64,000 bases of DNA, from contig CBDEUM010000039.1 of assembly GCA_965242925.1 (NCBI GenBank), positions 1 through 64,000 on the forward strand, written 5' to 3'. The position numbers and the translations under genes are program-made. Shown piece after piece: positions 1 through 8,930 of the stretch. The notes under the pieces were generated by a model. It was not told where the DNA came from and ran no database searches. It saw nothing but the letters and a program-made list of their open reading frames with translations. The stretch is from Roseibacillus sp. (GTDB lineage: Bacteria; Verrucomicrobiota; Verrucomicrobiia; Verrucomicrobiales; Akkermansiaceae). The first letter of the stretch is position 1. Each line of letters begins with the position of its first letter.

Positions 1-704
1 ACGTTCACGTGCTCCGCACCAAAGAGTTCCCTGGCCCGGTCAATTGCAAGCTGCTCGACGGCATCAACGTTTTCGCACCCTCCATACCACCGCCGTCCCG
101 GATAACCTTCTGCATACTTGTTGGTGAGAAGCGATCCCTGTGCTTCCAGGATCGCTCCGCTTACGAAGTTCTCCGAAGCGATCAATTCGACGTGATCCCG
201 CTGGCGTCGGCCCTCTGCTTCCACCACCCCGAAGACTTCAGGGTCACTCACCGACAAGCGACTCCCCGACGCCTTGGCCACACGTTGAACATGGCGTCCC
301 CCTTCAAATGACGTGCTGAGAAAGGCCTCTATAATTGCCACCGCATCCTCACCTGACATCTCTCTGGCGCCCAGGCAGGCAACATTCGAGTCGTTGTGGC
401 CCCGCGTAACGGCTGCATCTTCCGGCGAACACAGACGCGCGGCTCGCACACCCTTCACCCGGTTGGCCGCAATACTCATCCCGATGCCCGACTTGCATAC
501 GAGGACCCCAAAATCCGCCTTGCCCGCCGCCACGCTTCGCGCCACCGCGTTGGCAAAATCCGGATAATCCACTGAATCCGTGCTGTTTGTTCCATAATCA
601 ACCACTTTGTTGCCGACTGCCCGGAGCGCCTCCATGATGGCACTCTTGACCTCCACCCCTCCATGGTCCGCTCCTATCGCAATTCGCAGAGTAGCGTTCT
701 TCAT
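1..704 (-). CDS. rpiB-glyA: RpiB (ribose-5-phosphate isomerase B)-serine hydroxymethyltransferase fusion, runs off the left edge
   Basis: Not in the ORF track. Hand translation from the ATG at 704 gives [16 protein letters not shown]...DYPDFA...[20 protein letters not shown]...RGHNDSNV...FEGGRH (RpiB). It continues in frame into ELIASEN...[22 protein letters not shown] (SHMT). Confidence 0.93.
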   Translation of the reverse strand, partial: MKNATLRIAIGADHGGVEVKSAIMEALRAVGNKVVDYGTNSTDSVDYPDFANAVARSVAAGKADFGVLVCKSGIGMSIAANRVKGVRAARLCSPEDAAVTRGHNDSNVACLGAREMSGEDAVAIIEAFLSTSFEGGRHVQRVAKASGSRLSVSDPEVFGVVEAEGRRQRDHVELIASENFVSGAILEAQGSLLTNKYAEGYPGRRWYGGCENVDAVEQLAIDRARELFGAEHVN

Positions 705-789
705 CGGTAAGATTCAATCCCTCGTCAGGACGGCCCATCCGTGACCGCTCTGGCCTCGAAACGCAATCGCGAAAACGAGTCGGGACCCC

Positions 790-1275
790 TTATTCTGCAG
801 GCGGACCTTCCTCCGTCTGCAAAAACCCGAGAATCCCCTTGATAGCCAGATCCAGGCACACAGCCACCTTCTCGTAGGCCCGCCTGCCTCCACCGATGGG
901 ATCTGGTACGTCCCGACCCACCTCCCCGTCAATATCCGCGAAATCGCAAGTAAGATGGAATTTGTCCCGTTGCTCGGGGTAGCGCGTTTCCAGGGTGTCC
1001 TGATGATCCCGCGTCATGCAAAAGACATGGCTGGCGTGCTCAATGATCGTATCGTCCACCATGCGGCTCGCGAAACCGTCCAACTCGATCCCGCGTCCGG
1101 AAAGGACTTCCAGCGTTTCCAGGCTGGCGGACCCTCCGTCGTAGGCTGCAATCCCTGCCGAACTCACCATGAACCCGGCCTCCGTCCCTGCCACCCGGAA
1201 CAAACCTTCCGCCATCGGACTGCGGCAGGTATTCCCCGTGCAGACGAAGAGCACATGGGGCTCAGTTTCGGACAT
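790..1275 (-). CDS. Low-molecular-weight protein phosphatase, YwlE-like arginine phosphatase
   Basis: P-loop VLFVCTGNTCRSPMAE and DVPDPIG general-acid motif. Likely ATG at 1275 (track ORF extends to 1311). Confidence 0.9.
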   Translation of the reverse strand: MSETEPHVLFVCTGNTCRSPMAEGLFRVAGTEAGFMVSSAGIAAYDGGSASLETLEVLSGRGIELDGFASRMVDDTIIEHASHVFCMTRDHQDTLETRYPEQRDKFHLTCDFADIDGEVGRDVPDPIGGGRRAYEKVAVCLDLAIKGILGFLQTEEGPPAE

Positions 1276-1565
1276 GATGCAAGCTATGCCCTCCGTCCTT
1301 CGTCCCGTCAAACCAGCAATCCGCGACCCAATCTTCGATCGTACCGTTCCCGGAGATCCTTACAGGAGATTCTCCATTAACATTGCATTACAAGATCATT
1401 AACAATGATTGATTGAAAAAGCACGAATTCCCCAGCGCTCTCTGGTCCACTTCACCTCACGAACCCTCAAAGACTTAATAGAACAATGAAGGGACCTGGT
1501 ATCATGCCCGACTCAGGACTCGCCTGTCTCTCCTTGCCAAACCTGTCTAATCAGCGAACCTTATC

Positions 1566-2330
1566 ATGATGAGCGAACGGTCCGATCTCGGAAACATCCT
1601 TCGCACCACCAGGGAGAGCCGTGGCTGGTCGATCGAGGATGTCTCGCATCGCACCCGGATTCCCGAGACCACCCTGCGCCAGCTGGAGAGAAACGACTAC
1701 TCCAAGTTTTCCAGTCTGATCTACGCCAGGAGTTTCCTCGCACAATACTGCGATCACCTTGACATCGATGCGGTCGAATGCCTTGCCCGCTTTGAAACGG
1801 GAGATTCCCTGGCCAACCTGGATACCTGTGGCTACCTCAAGGACCACGATGAGCGGGTGAACGTCCGCCCGCCCGTCATGAAACGACCCCGGAAGCGGAA
1901 GAAAAAGGTGCGCAAGGAGAAGCAGAAGGAACACAGGGAGAAGCAGGAAAGGAAGCTGGCTGTCTCCTCCCCCCGGCAACCTCTCGTGGTTTTCTCCATC
2001 ACCTCTCTCCTCCTCACCTGCGCAATCTTCGCCTTCATGAAACTGAGTGATACTCTTGAAGAAAAGGAATCCGTCGCCAGGGAAGAACCTGCCGAGACTC
2101 TTGGTGCCATCGGTGGCGCACCCATCCAGACTCCCGCCGGCCCCGATCTCTCTAACGTCCCGCGCGCCCTGCTGGTGACACCGGAAGGAGAAAGCTCTCT
2201 CGTAGCTGGTGAACCCGGAAGAACGGCGGGCATCGAGATCCTCAACGCCTCGCCCTCCTCGCAGGCAAACGTCCGCACCCAATTCTCTCTCGACAACCCA
2301 CCCCCACGGGCTGTCATCGTCGAAGAATAA
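1566..2330 (+). CDS. RodZ-like helix-turn-helix membrane protein
   Basis: N-terminal HTH (LRTTRESRGWSIEDVSHRTRI...LE...YARSFLAQYCDHL), basic stretch, then one TM helix. Confidence 0.75.
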   Translation: MMSERSDLGNILRTTRESRGWSIEDVSHRTRIPETTLRQLERNDYSKFSSLIYARSFLAQYCDHLDIDAVECLARFETGDSLANLDTCGYLKDHDERVNVRPPVMKRPRKRKKKVRKEKQKEHREKQERKLAVSSPRQPLVVFSITSLLLTCAIFAFMKLSDTLEEKESVAREEPAETLGAIGGAPIQTPAGPDLSNVPRALLVTPEGESSLVAGEPGRTAGIEILNASPSSQANVRTQFSLDNPPPRAVIVEE

Positions 2331-2394
2331 TCCGGTGGAGGGGATCAAACCCCGCCTCTGGAGGCAGGAATGCTCCGAGCCTCCGCGTTCGTTC

Positions 2395-4503
2395 TCAACC
2401 TTCCGCCCGGAACAGCTCCAGAAACGGCGCAAGGAACCTCTCCGCCTTCACCGCTCCCACTCCCTTGATTCCCATGGCCTCCTCCTCCGTGGTGGGCCGG
2501 ATCCGGGCAAGGTCCTCCAGGGTCTTATTGGAAAACACCCCGTAGGCCGGCAAACGGTGATCCTGTGCCAGGCTGGTTCGAAGATCCTTCAGGCGGGCAT
2601 AGAGGACGGGATCAACGGGCGCTGGTTCGTCCCCCGGTTCCATCCGTGCTGCCGAACTTTTCGCCGTGCTCTCCCGCAGGGTTTCGGGCCAGAGCAGGCT
2701 GTATTCGATTTTTCCCCTCATGGCCTGCTCCCCCTTCGGCGTAAGGGTGACCAGGGGATACTCACCCCGCTGTGTAACGAGAAGGTCTGCAGCGTGCAGG
2801 GAATGAAAAAGCTCATTGAGAAAAGCCGTTCCCTTCCCTTTCAGGATCCCGTAGGTTGAAAGTTCGTGCAGGCGCACCCGCAGGATCTCCTGTGACTTGC
2901 TGCCAGTCAGCATCTGCACAATACGCCCCCGTCCAAAGATCCCCTCCCAGTCCTTGCCGACACGTCGGCTCATGCGTGCCACCCCACTCAGTACCTTGCG
3001 CACCACCAGATCCTCTGCCTCGGTCGGCGCACGCCGGTCCGTCCCGTAATCGCTACGGCATACGTCACAGGTCCCGCACTCACCAGGTTCCTCCTCACCG
3101 AAGTACTCCAGGATCGCCCGTTGACGACAACCTGCCCCGTAGCACAGCTCAACCATGGCCTGCAGTTTCCGCCGGTCGCGTCGGTCCTTCTCCTCCAGTG
3201 CAGCCCGGTCGATCTCCAGGCCACCGGCCTGCACCTCCGGATGCCGCACGCGCGTGCCACGTCGCCGCTGCCCCGGAACATCGAAGCGCTCAAGATAACC
3301 CGCACGCGCCAAAGCCGCCAGGGCACTGCTCACCGCCATCCCGTTCTTCACCTCCACTGCCCCCGTGATCTCTTCGATGCTCGCATGAACCTCCTGCTGT
3401 TCATCGGCCTCATCATGAAGAAACTGGTAAACCTGGCAGATCGCTCCGTAGCCGGGATTTGCCCCCTCCAGGAAAAACTCCTGCGTCCGGGTGTCGGCGT
3501 AATTCCAGAGAAGCTCACAGTGTGCCGCCTCCCCGTCCCGCCCGGCCCGGCCCGCTTCCTGGTAATAGGCTTCCACACTTCCGGGAACCTCGAAATGGAT
3601 CACGAAGCGCACGTCCGAACGATCAATCCCCATCCCAAAGGCATTGGTCGCCACCGCCACATCCACCTCGCGCCGGATGAACCGATTCTGCGTTTCCTCG
3701 CGTTCCTCTTCCGTCATCCCACCGTGATATCCGATACACTTCACACCCCAGCTGTTCAGCGTCTCGGCCACCTCTTCCACCCGCTTGCGCGTCGCACAGT
3801 AGACAATCCCGGTCCGGTGTTCATCCAGAATCTCGCGGGTCCGGCGGAACTTGGCCGCCTTGGTCTCAACCGGCGTGATGTTGAAGCTCAGGTTCGCTCG
3901 TGCAAATCCCGTCACGATCTGGAACGGTTCATCCAGCTCCAGTACCGACACGATGTCTTTCCGCACCACCGGAGTAGCGGTAGCCGTGAAGGCCACGCAC
4001 TGCGGGCCGCCCAGGTTCGCCCGCGCCTTGCCCAGTCGCAGATAGTCCGGCCGGAAATCGTGCCCCCACTGGCTCAGACAGTGTGCTTCGTCAATCGCGA
4101 GGAGAGCCACCTTCACCTCCCGCATGGCGGCCAGGAATCCCTCCGCCCGGAAACGCTCCGGAGCCACATAAACCAGCTTGTAGTCGCCCGCAATCATGCG
4201 AGCAATCCGCTCCCGCTGTTCGGGGTTGGAAAGCGTCGAATTGATGAGGGTGGCCGCCACCCCCTTCTCCACCAGGGCGTCAACCTGGTCCTTCATCAGG
4301 GCAATGAGAGGGCTTACCACGATTGTGACGCCCTCCAGGCACAGGGCCGGCAACTGATAGCAGAGCGATTTCCCTCCCCCTGTCGGCATGACCACCAGTC
4401 CGTCCCGCGAAGCGAGGATCTGCTCCACGATCTCAGCCTGCCCCTCCAGGAACTCCTCGAACCCGAAGGCATCCTGCAACGTCTCTCTCGCCAGGTCGGG
4501 CAC
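2395..4503 (-). CDS. recQ: RecQ family ATP-dependent DNA helicase
   Basis: MPTGGGKSLCYQLP, DEAHCLSQWGHDFRPDY, QEAGRAGRDG, Zn-binding CR...CGTCDVC, RQC and HRDC regions. Start uncertain (GTG 4503; ORF extends to 4605). Confidence 0.95.
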   Translation of the reverse strand: MPDLARETLQDAFGFEEFLEGQAEIVEQILASRDGLVVMPTGGGKSLCYQLPALCLEGVTIVVSPLIALMKDQVDALVEKGVAATLINSTLSNPEQRERIARMIAGDYKLVYVAPERFRAEGFLAAMREVKVALLAIDEAHCLSQWGHDFRPDYLRLGKARANLGGPQCVAFTATATPVVRKDIVSVLELDEPFQIVTGFARANLSFNITPVETKAAKFRRTREILDEHRTGIVYCATRKRVEEVAETLNSWGVKCIGYHGGMTEEEREETQNRFIRREVDVAVATNAFGMGIDRSDVRFVIHFEVPGSVEAYYQEAGRAGRDGEAAHCELLWNYADTRTQEFFLEGANPGYGAICQVYQFLHDEADEQQEVHASIEEITGAVEVKNGMAVSSALAALARAGYLERFDVPGQRRRGTRVRHPEVQAGGLEIDRAALEEKDRRDRRKLQAMVELCYGAGCRQRAILEYFGEEEPGECGTCDVCRSDYGTDRRAPTEAEDLVVRKVLSGVARMSRRVGKDWEGIFGRGRIVQMLTGSKSQEILRVRLHELSTYGILKGKGTAFLNELFHSLHAADLLVTQRGEYPLVTLTPKGEQAMRGKIEYSLLWPETLRESTAKSSAARMEPGDEPAPVDPVLYARLKDLRTSLAQDHRLPAYGVFSNKTLEDLARIRPTTEEEAMGIKGVGAVKAERFLAPFLELFRAEG

Positions 4504-4666
4504 GGACCGAAGTTGCACCGACTTCCGCCCCTGATCAATCCAAAGGACTGCGAGACCCCTTGCCGGGCGGCTCACTTCAGGCCCGCCAGGTCCTCGAATC
4601 CCCATGTTTGCCCTCGCTCGCCATCACTCCAACTGAAATCATGGCATTTCCTCATCAAAGCCCTTC

Positions 4667-6058
4667 ATGAACGTCAGACCCTTCCTCTTCCTGCACCTCT
4701 GCCTCTGCACTTCTGTTATTGCCGCCCTGCCCAGCCACAAAGGGATCAGAGCCGGGGCCGCGGAACGGGAAATCACCCCCACTGCCGGGCTCGAGATCCA
4801 GCACTACTTCCGCAAGAGCAGCGGGGTGCGCGATCCCCTCTTCGCTCGCTGTCTCTACCTCGAGGACGGAGCCGGAAACGCTGTCGCCATCGTGGGGCTC
4901 GACCTCATCATGGGAAGCTTCGAGGCCTGCGATCAACTGCGGACGGAAATCCGGGAGAAGTGCGGCGTCACCCACACCCTCCTCAACTTCAGCCATTCCC
5001 ATGCCTCTGCGGCCCTCGGTCCCCGCGGCAGAACCAGGATTTCCAACGATTCCGACTCACGATGGAACGACCGCACCCTCGACGCCATCATCGCAGTCGT
5101 TGCGGGAGCCAGGAAGCAGGCCGAGCCGGTCTCCCTGCGTGCCGGCCGGGCCGGAGTGCAGGTCGGCTTCAACCGGCGACTGGTCAATGCCGACAACGGG
5201 CACGTCTTCATGGGAGTCAACCGCAAGGGTCCGGCCGTTCCGTGGGTCAATGTCCTCGTGGCTGACAGCACCCGGACCGGCAAACCCCTCGCCGTCCTCT
5301 TCGAGCACGCCGCCCACCCGGTCATCGCCCCACACACCAGCAATCTCACCAGCGCAGACTTCCCCGGGGCCGCCGGAAAGCGGATCCGGGAAGTCCTCGG
5401 CAAGGACGTCATCACCGTCTTCGGTCAAGGCTGTGGCGGAAACATCAACGGATTTCCCCTGCGCTCCACCCATGAGAGAGCCGAGGAGGCGGGCCACCGG
5501 CTGGGAGAGGCCGCCCTCAAGGCGATCAGAAAGAGCGAGGCCATCAAGGCACAGACCTTCCGCGTCAAATCAGCCAGGGAGGAACTCCCGTCAGCTCCCC
5601 TCCCGGGCCGGGAGCTCCTCGCGGAGATGATGGACCTTGAAAAGGACAACCCGGGACGAATGAAACAACTCCACAGAATTCAGGACCTCCTCAAGCGGGG
5701 AGAAAAGCCGCCGGCCCGACGCTTCGATGCCCATGCCGTGATGTTCGGCCGGGAGTGGTGCCTCACCACCATGCCCCACGAGATGTTCTGCCAGTACGAA
5801 CTCTGGATCGACGAGCAGGCGCCCTTCAAACGAACCATGACCTTTGCCTTCACCAACGGCTACCAGGGTTACATCGCGGTGGATCAGGCCCTGACGCTGG
5901 GGGCCAAGGGTGGCTACGAGGCTGGCCGCCTTCCCAACTGGGGAGGCCAGGTCTACACCAAACATCTCGGCCCTCCGGCAGTCGGTGCCGAGAAGATCAT
6001 CAAGGACACCCTCGCCTCCCTGTGGCTCCGGGATCCCGAAAACTCCCTGAAGGAGTAA
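4667..6058 (+). CDS. Secreted neutral/alkaline ceramidase-like amidohydrolase
   Basis: Signal peptide; AGAAEREITP, DPLFARCL, SHSHA, AAHP, SADFPG, QGCGGNIN and GGYE motifs of the ceramidase-like family. Confidence 0.7.
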   Translation: MNVRPFLFLHLCLCTSVIAALPSHKGIRAGAAEREITPTAGLEIQHYFRKSSGVRDPLFARCLYLEDGAGNAVAIVGLDLIMGSFEACDQLRTEIREKCGVTHTLLNFSHSHASAALGPRGRTRISNDSDSRWNDRTLDAIIAVVAGARKQAEPVSLRAGRAGVQVGFNRRLVNADNGHVFMGVNRKGPAVPWVNVLVADSTRTGKPLAVLFEHAAHPVIAPHTSNLTSADFPGAAGKRIREVLGKDVITVFGQGCGGNINGFPLRSTHERAEEAGHRLGEAALKAIRKSEAIKAQTFRVKSAREELPSAPLPGRELLAEMMDLEKDNPGRMKQLHRIQDLLKRGEKPPARRFDAHAVMFGREWCLTTMPHEMFCQYELWIDEQAPFKRTMTFAFTNGYQGYIAVDQALTLGAKGGYEAGRLPNWGGQVYTKHLGPPAVGAEKIIKDTLASLWLRDPENSLKE

Positions 6059-6159
6059 CCCGGGTAAGAAGCAGGAAACTTTCCCATCCCCGACGGGCAC
6101 GGGCATGGGGGCATCGTGCCAGGCCCCTTGTTGCCTGGGAGATGTGTCTTCAAGGCAGA

Positions 6160-6185
6160 AGCCCGGTCCTGATCAGGACCGGGCT
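6160..6185. repeat. Perfect 26-bp palindrome between convergent genes
   Basis: AGCCCGGTCCTGA|TCAGGACCGGGCT; no U-tract on either side. Confidence 0.85.
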
Positions 6186-6217
6186 CTCGCTGGCAGGGTG
6201 ATGGTATCGGGAGGCTC

Positions 6218-8737
6218 CTATTCCGGGGCGGCAATGACTCTGAAGAGGACCATCTTTTTCGAGCGATCCACTTGGACATCAACGGATAGCCGGGGGGGGA
6301 TGTGGAGATGAGGCATGGCACGAAGTTCGTGATCGTGGCCTCCCAGCACCGAATTCCAGGCCAGGCCGGAGGGGAAGAGATCATCTGCCCGGGCCACTTC
6401 CTCTTCATCGATGTTCTCGATGATCCACTTCTGCGGGGTCATGCTGGACTGCACGTCGTAAGACATCCCCCGCTCTTTCAGCCAGGTCACCATGATCTGG
6501 TCCTGCAGCAGGTCCGGATTCAACTCCCATCCGATGAGCTTGCAGATCTTGAGGAGATAGTCCTCCACCTCGCCCCCGATCTCGTGTCCCTTGTAGTCTG
6601 AGCCACCATGGCTCAGGCGGAAGCGACCGGTCGCCTTGAGGGGCTTTTTCACCTTCGGAACCTTGAAGGCCAGGACCTGACCGGGATTCACCGTCTCGTT
6701 GTTGAAGATGCGGTTATTGGGCTGCATCCAGGTGCCGTCACCATCGAAGTCGATCCAGGCGTCGAGGATTCCGGTCATGGTGGGCAGAACTCTGACAAGG
6801 GCGATCGATCCCGAGATGATGGGAGTCAGGAAGATCACCCCGTCTTCGTCATCACTGCCGTCGCTGTCGTCACCCAGGGCCCACGCACTGGGCTGACCGT
6901 CTGGCTCGGGATCCACCAAGTCGCCGAGGAAGAGATCGTCGATCCGATGGGATGCTCCGTTACTGGCGGCAAGAGTGGGAAAGCTCGGATCTCTTGCATC
7001 ACCCCAGTCAAGATGACCGCCATTCGGGTCTTGCTTGATGCCAACAAGATAGTCCTCCACCTCACCGTCCGGGGCGTATCCGGTCGGTCCGAGGCCTCCC
7101 GTGGTGTTAAACCGGATGCGGGCGGCGGTTTGCCCCACCACTGCGGAAGAGGGCACCGCGAAGCTCAAGAGGTTGGGTCCAGCCACCACGATAGAATTCA
7201 GAATGATCTGCTCTCCCGCTCCCCAGCTTCCATCCTGGTTGAAGTCGATCCAGGCATTGATATAGCCCTTGGTGGAAGCCTGAATGAGGACCTGGGCTAT
7301 GCTGCCCTGCTGCAAGGAGGAAAAGGTCACTCCATCATCGTCGTCGCTGCCGTCATTGTCATCGCCGAGGGCAAACGGGTCAGGTTGTCCATCTGCTTCC
7401 GGGTCAACCCTGGCTCCAAGATAGGCGCCATTGGCAATGAGATGAACCGCTCCGTTGTTCGCGGCGAGGGTGGGATAGGGCTTATCAGGAGCATCTCCCC
7501 AGTCGAGTTCGCCATTGGGAGAACCCTGTTCGATGCCAATCCTGTAATCCTCCACCTCGCCATCGGAAGCCCCACCCTCGGAACTGAGGGCGCCCCCCGA
7601 ACTCAGACGGAAGCGTGCGAAGGTTCCCCCGGTGGAGGCCGAAGCAGGAACGAGGAAGTTGAGGTTGTTGGGCCCACCCACAACCGGCGCACTGGCCAAG
7701 ACCTGCTCACCGGGATCGGTCCAGTCCCCGTCCTGGTTGAAGTCGATCCAGGCGTCAAGGCGTCCGGGCATGGTGGAAACGGCCACGATCGTGGCATTGG
7801 CGCCGGGAGAGATCGAGGAGGTAAAGGTAATGCCGTCCTCATCATCAATCGCGGAATCAATGTCATCCCTCATGGCATTGGCACTGGGCTGCCCGTTCCC
7901 CTCCGAATCAACCATGGTTCCGAGCATGAGATCATTAGTGAGGAAGTGGCGGGCTCCGTTATCCGCGGCAAGAACCGGATAGTTCTGCGGGGCATCTCCC
8001 CAGTCGGTTTCATCATTCGGATTGGGATTAGGATCGTCTTCAATCTTGACGATGTAATCCTCAACTTCCCCGTCATGGGCAATGCCGATCGGTGCAAGCC
8101 CTCCATTAGAACTGAAACGGAAGCGGATAAAGGTGTCTCCCGGGATCGCTCCGGCTGGGACCGCGAAGTTCAAGAGGTTGATTCCCGGTGCCAGGGGCTC
8201 ACTGGCAAAGATCTGCTCACCGGGATCCATCCAGCTCCCATTCAGGTTGAAGTCAACCCAGGCATCGAGCCGGCCATCTCCCGAGGCTTCCACTTCAATC
8301 TCGGCAGGCAGGCCCGGCTGCAGCGGGTTCAGGAAGATGACCCCGTCTTCGTCATCATGCGGGCCCAGGGCATCGTCTCCCGAGGCAAGGGCAGTAGGCT
8401 GGCCGTCGAGTTCGGTGTCAATGTTGGGTCCGAGTTTCAGAACAAACCCATCCGGAAGGACCAAGACAAAGTGGCGGGCACCGTCATTGGCATGGAGGGT
8501 CGGATAACTGGGGCTGACATCAGGGTTGTCCGGAGCATCCCCGTAATCAAAATCAAGTTTAATCGGGATATCGGGACTCCCCGGGATATCGGGAATAAAC
8601 GGGTCCGGGAAAGGATCCACGGGATCAATCGCGATCACATCGGGGTCGATTTGGGCGACTGCCACGGAAGCGGTTCCGATGAGGATTCCGCAGGATCGGT
8701 TGAATAGTTTTTTTGCCGTCATGATAGAATTTTTCAT
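6218..8737 (-). CDS. Secreted protein with four GEVED-type repeats
   Basis: Signal peptide; four ~165-aa repeats running D[YW]GDA...D[DE]DG...[DN]AW[IV]DF[ND]...RFR/RIR...GEVEDY; extra C-terminal domain. Start uncertain (8722-8758). Confidence 0.85.
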   Translation of the reverse strand: MKNSIMTAKKLFNRSCGILIGTASVAVAQIDPDVIAIDPVDPFPDPFIPDIPGSPDIPIKLDFDYGDAPDNPDVSPSYPTLHANDGARHFVLVLPDGFVLKLGPNIDTELDGQPTALASGDDALGPHDDEDGVIFLNPLQPGLPAEIEVEASGDGRLDAWVDFNLNGSWMDPGEQIFASEPLAPGINLLNFAVPAGAIPGDTFIRFRFSSNGGLAPIGIAHDGEVEDYIVKIEDDPNPNPNDETDWGDAPQNYPVLAADNGARHFLTNDLMLGTMVDSEGNGQPSANAMRDDIDSAIDDEDGITFTSSISPGANATIVAVSTMPGRLDAWIDFNQDGDWTDPGEQVLASAPVVGGPNNLNFLVPASASTGGTFARFRLSSGGALSSEGGASDGEVEDYRIGIEQGSPNGELDWGDAPDKPYPTLAANNGAVHLIANGAYLGARVDPEADGQPDPFALGDDNDGSDDDDGVTFSSLQQGSIAQVLIQASTKGYINAWIDFNQDGSWGAGEQIILNSIVVAGPNLLSFAVPSSAVVGQTAARIRFNTTGGLGPTGYAPDGEVEDYLVGIKQDPNGGHLDWGDARDPSFPTLAASNGASHRIDDLFLGDLVDPEPDGQPSAWALGDDSDGSDDEDGVIFLTPIISGSIALVRVLPTMTGILDAWIDFDGDGTWMQPNNRIFNNETVNPGQVLAFKVPKVKKPLKATGRFRLSHGGSDYKGHEIGGEVEDYLLKICKLIGWELNPDLLQDQIMVTWLKERGMSYDVQSSMTPQKWIIENIDEEEVARADDLFPSGLAWNSVLGGHDHELRAMPHLHIPPRLSVDVQVDRSKKMVLFRVIAAPE

Positions 8738-8930
8738 ATCTACAATTGCCAACCGCAATCCGTGGGGCGGATTTTCAAGAGACCAGGCACCCGTCCTGCC
8801 TGTCGGGGCGAATCAATCCTCAAATCCCTGCAAAAACAGGATTTCAACTGCTTATCGGCGGACCGATCTCCCGGGCCCTGGTCATGAACTGGCCTTAAAA
8901 CAGCAGGGGATTGACGGGGCTACGGCCCCT

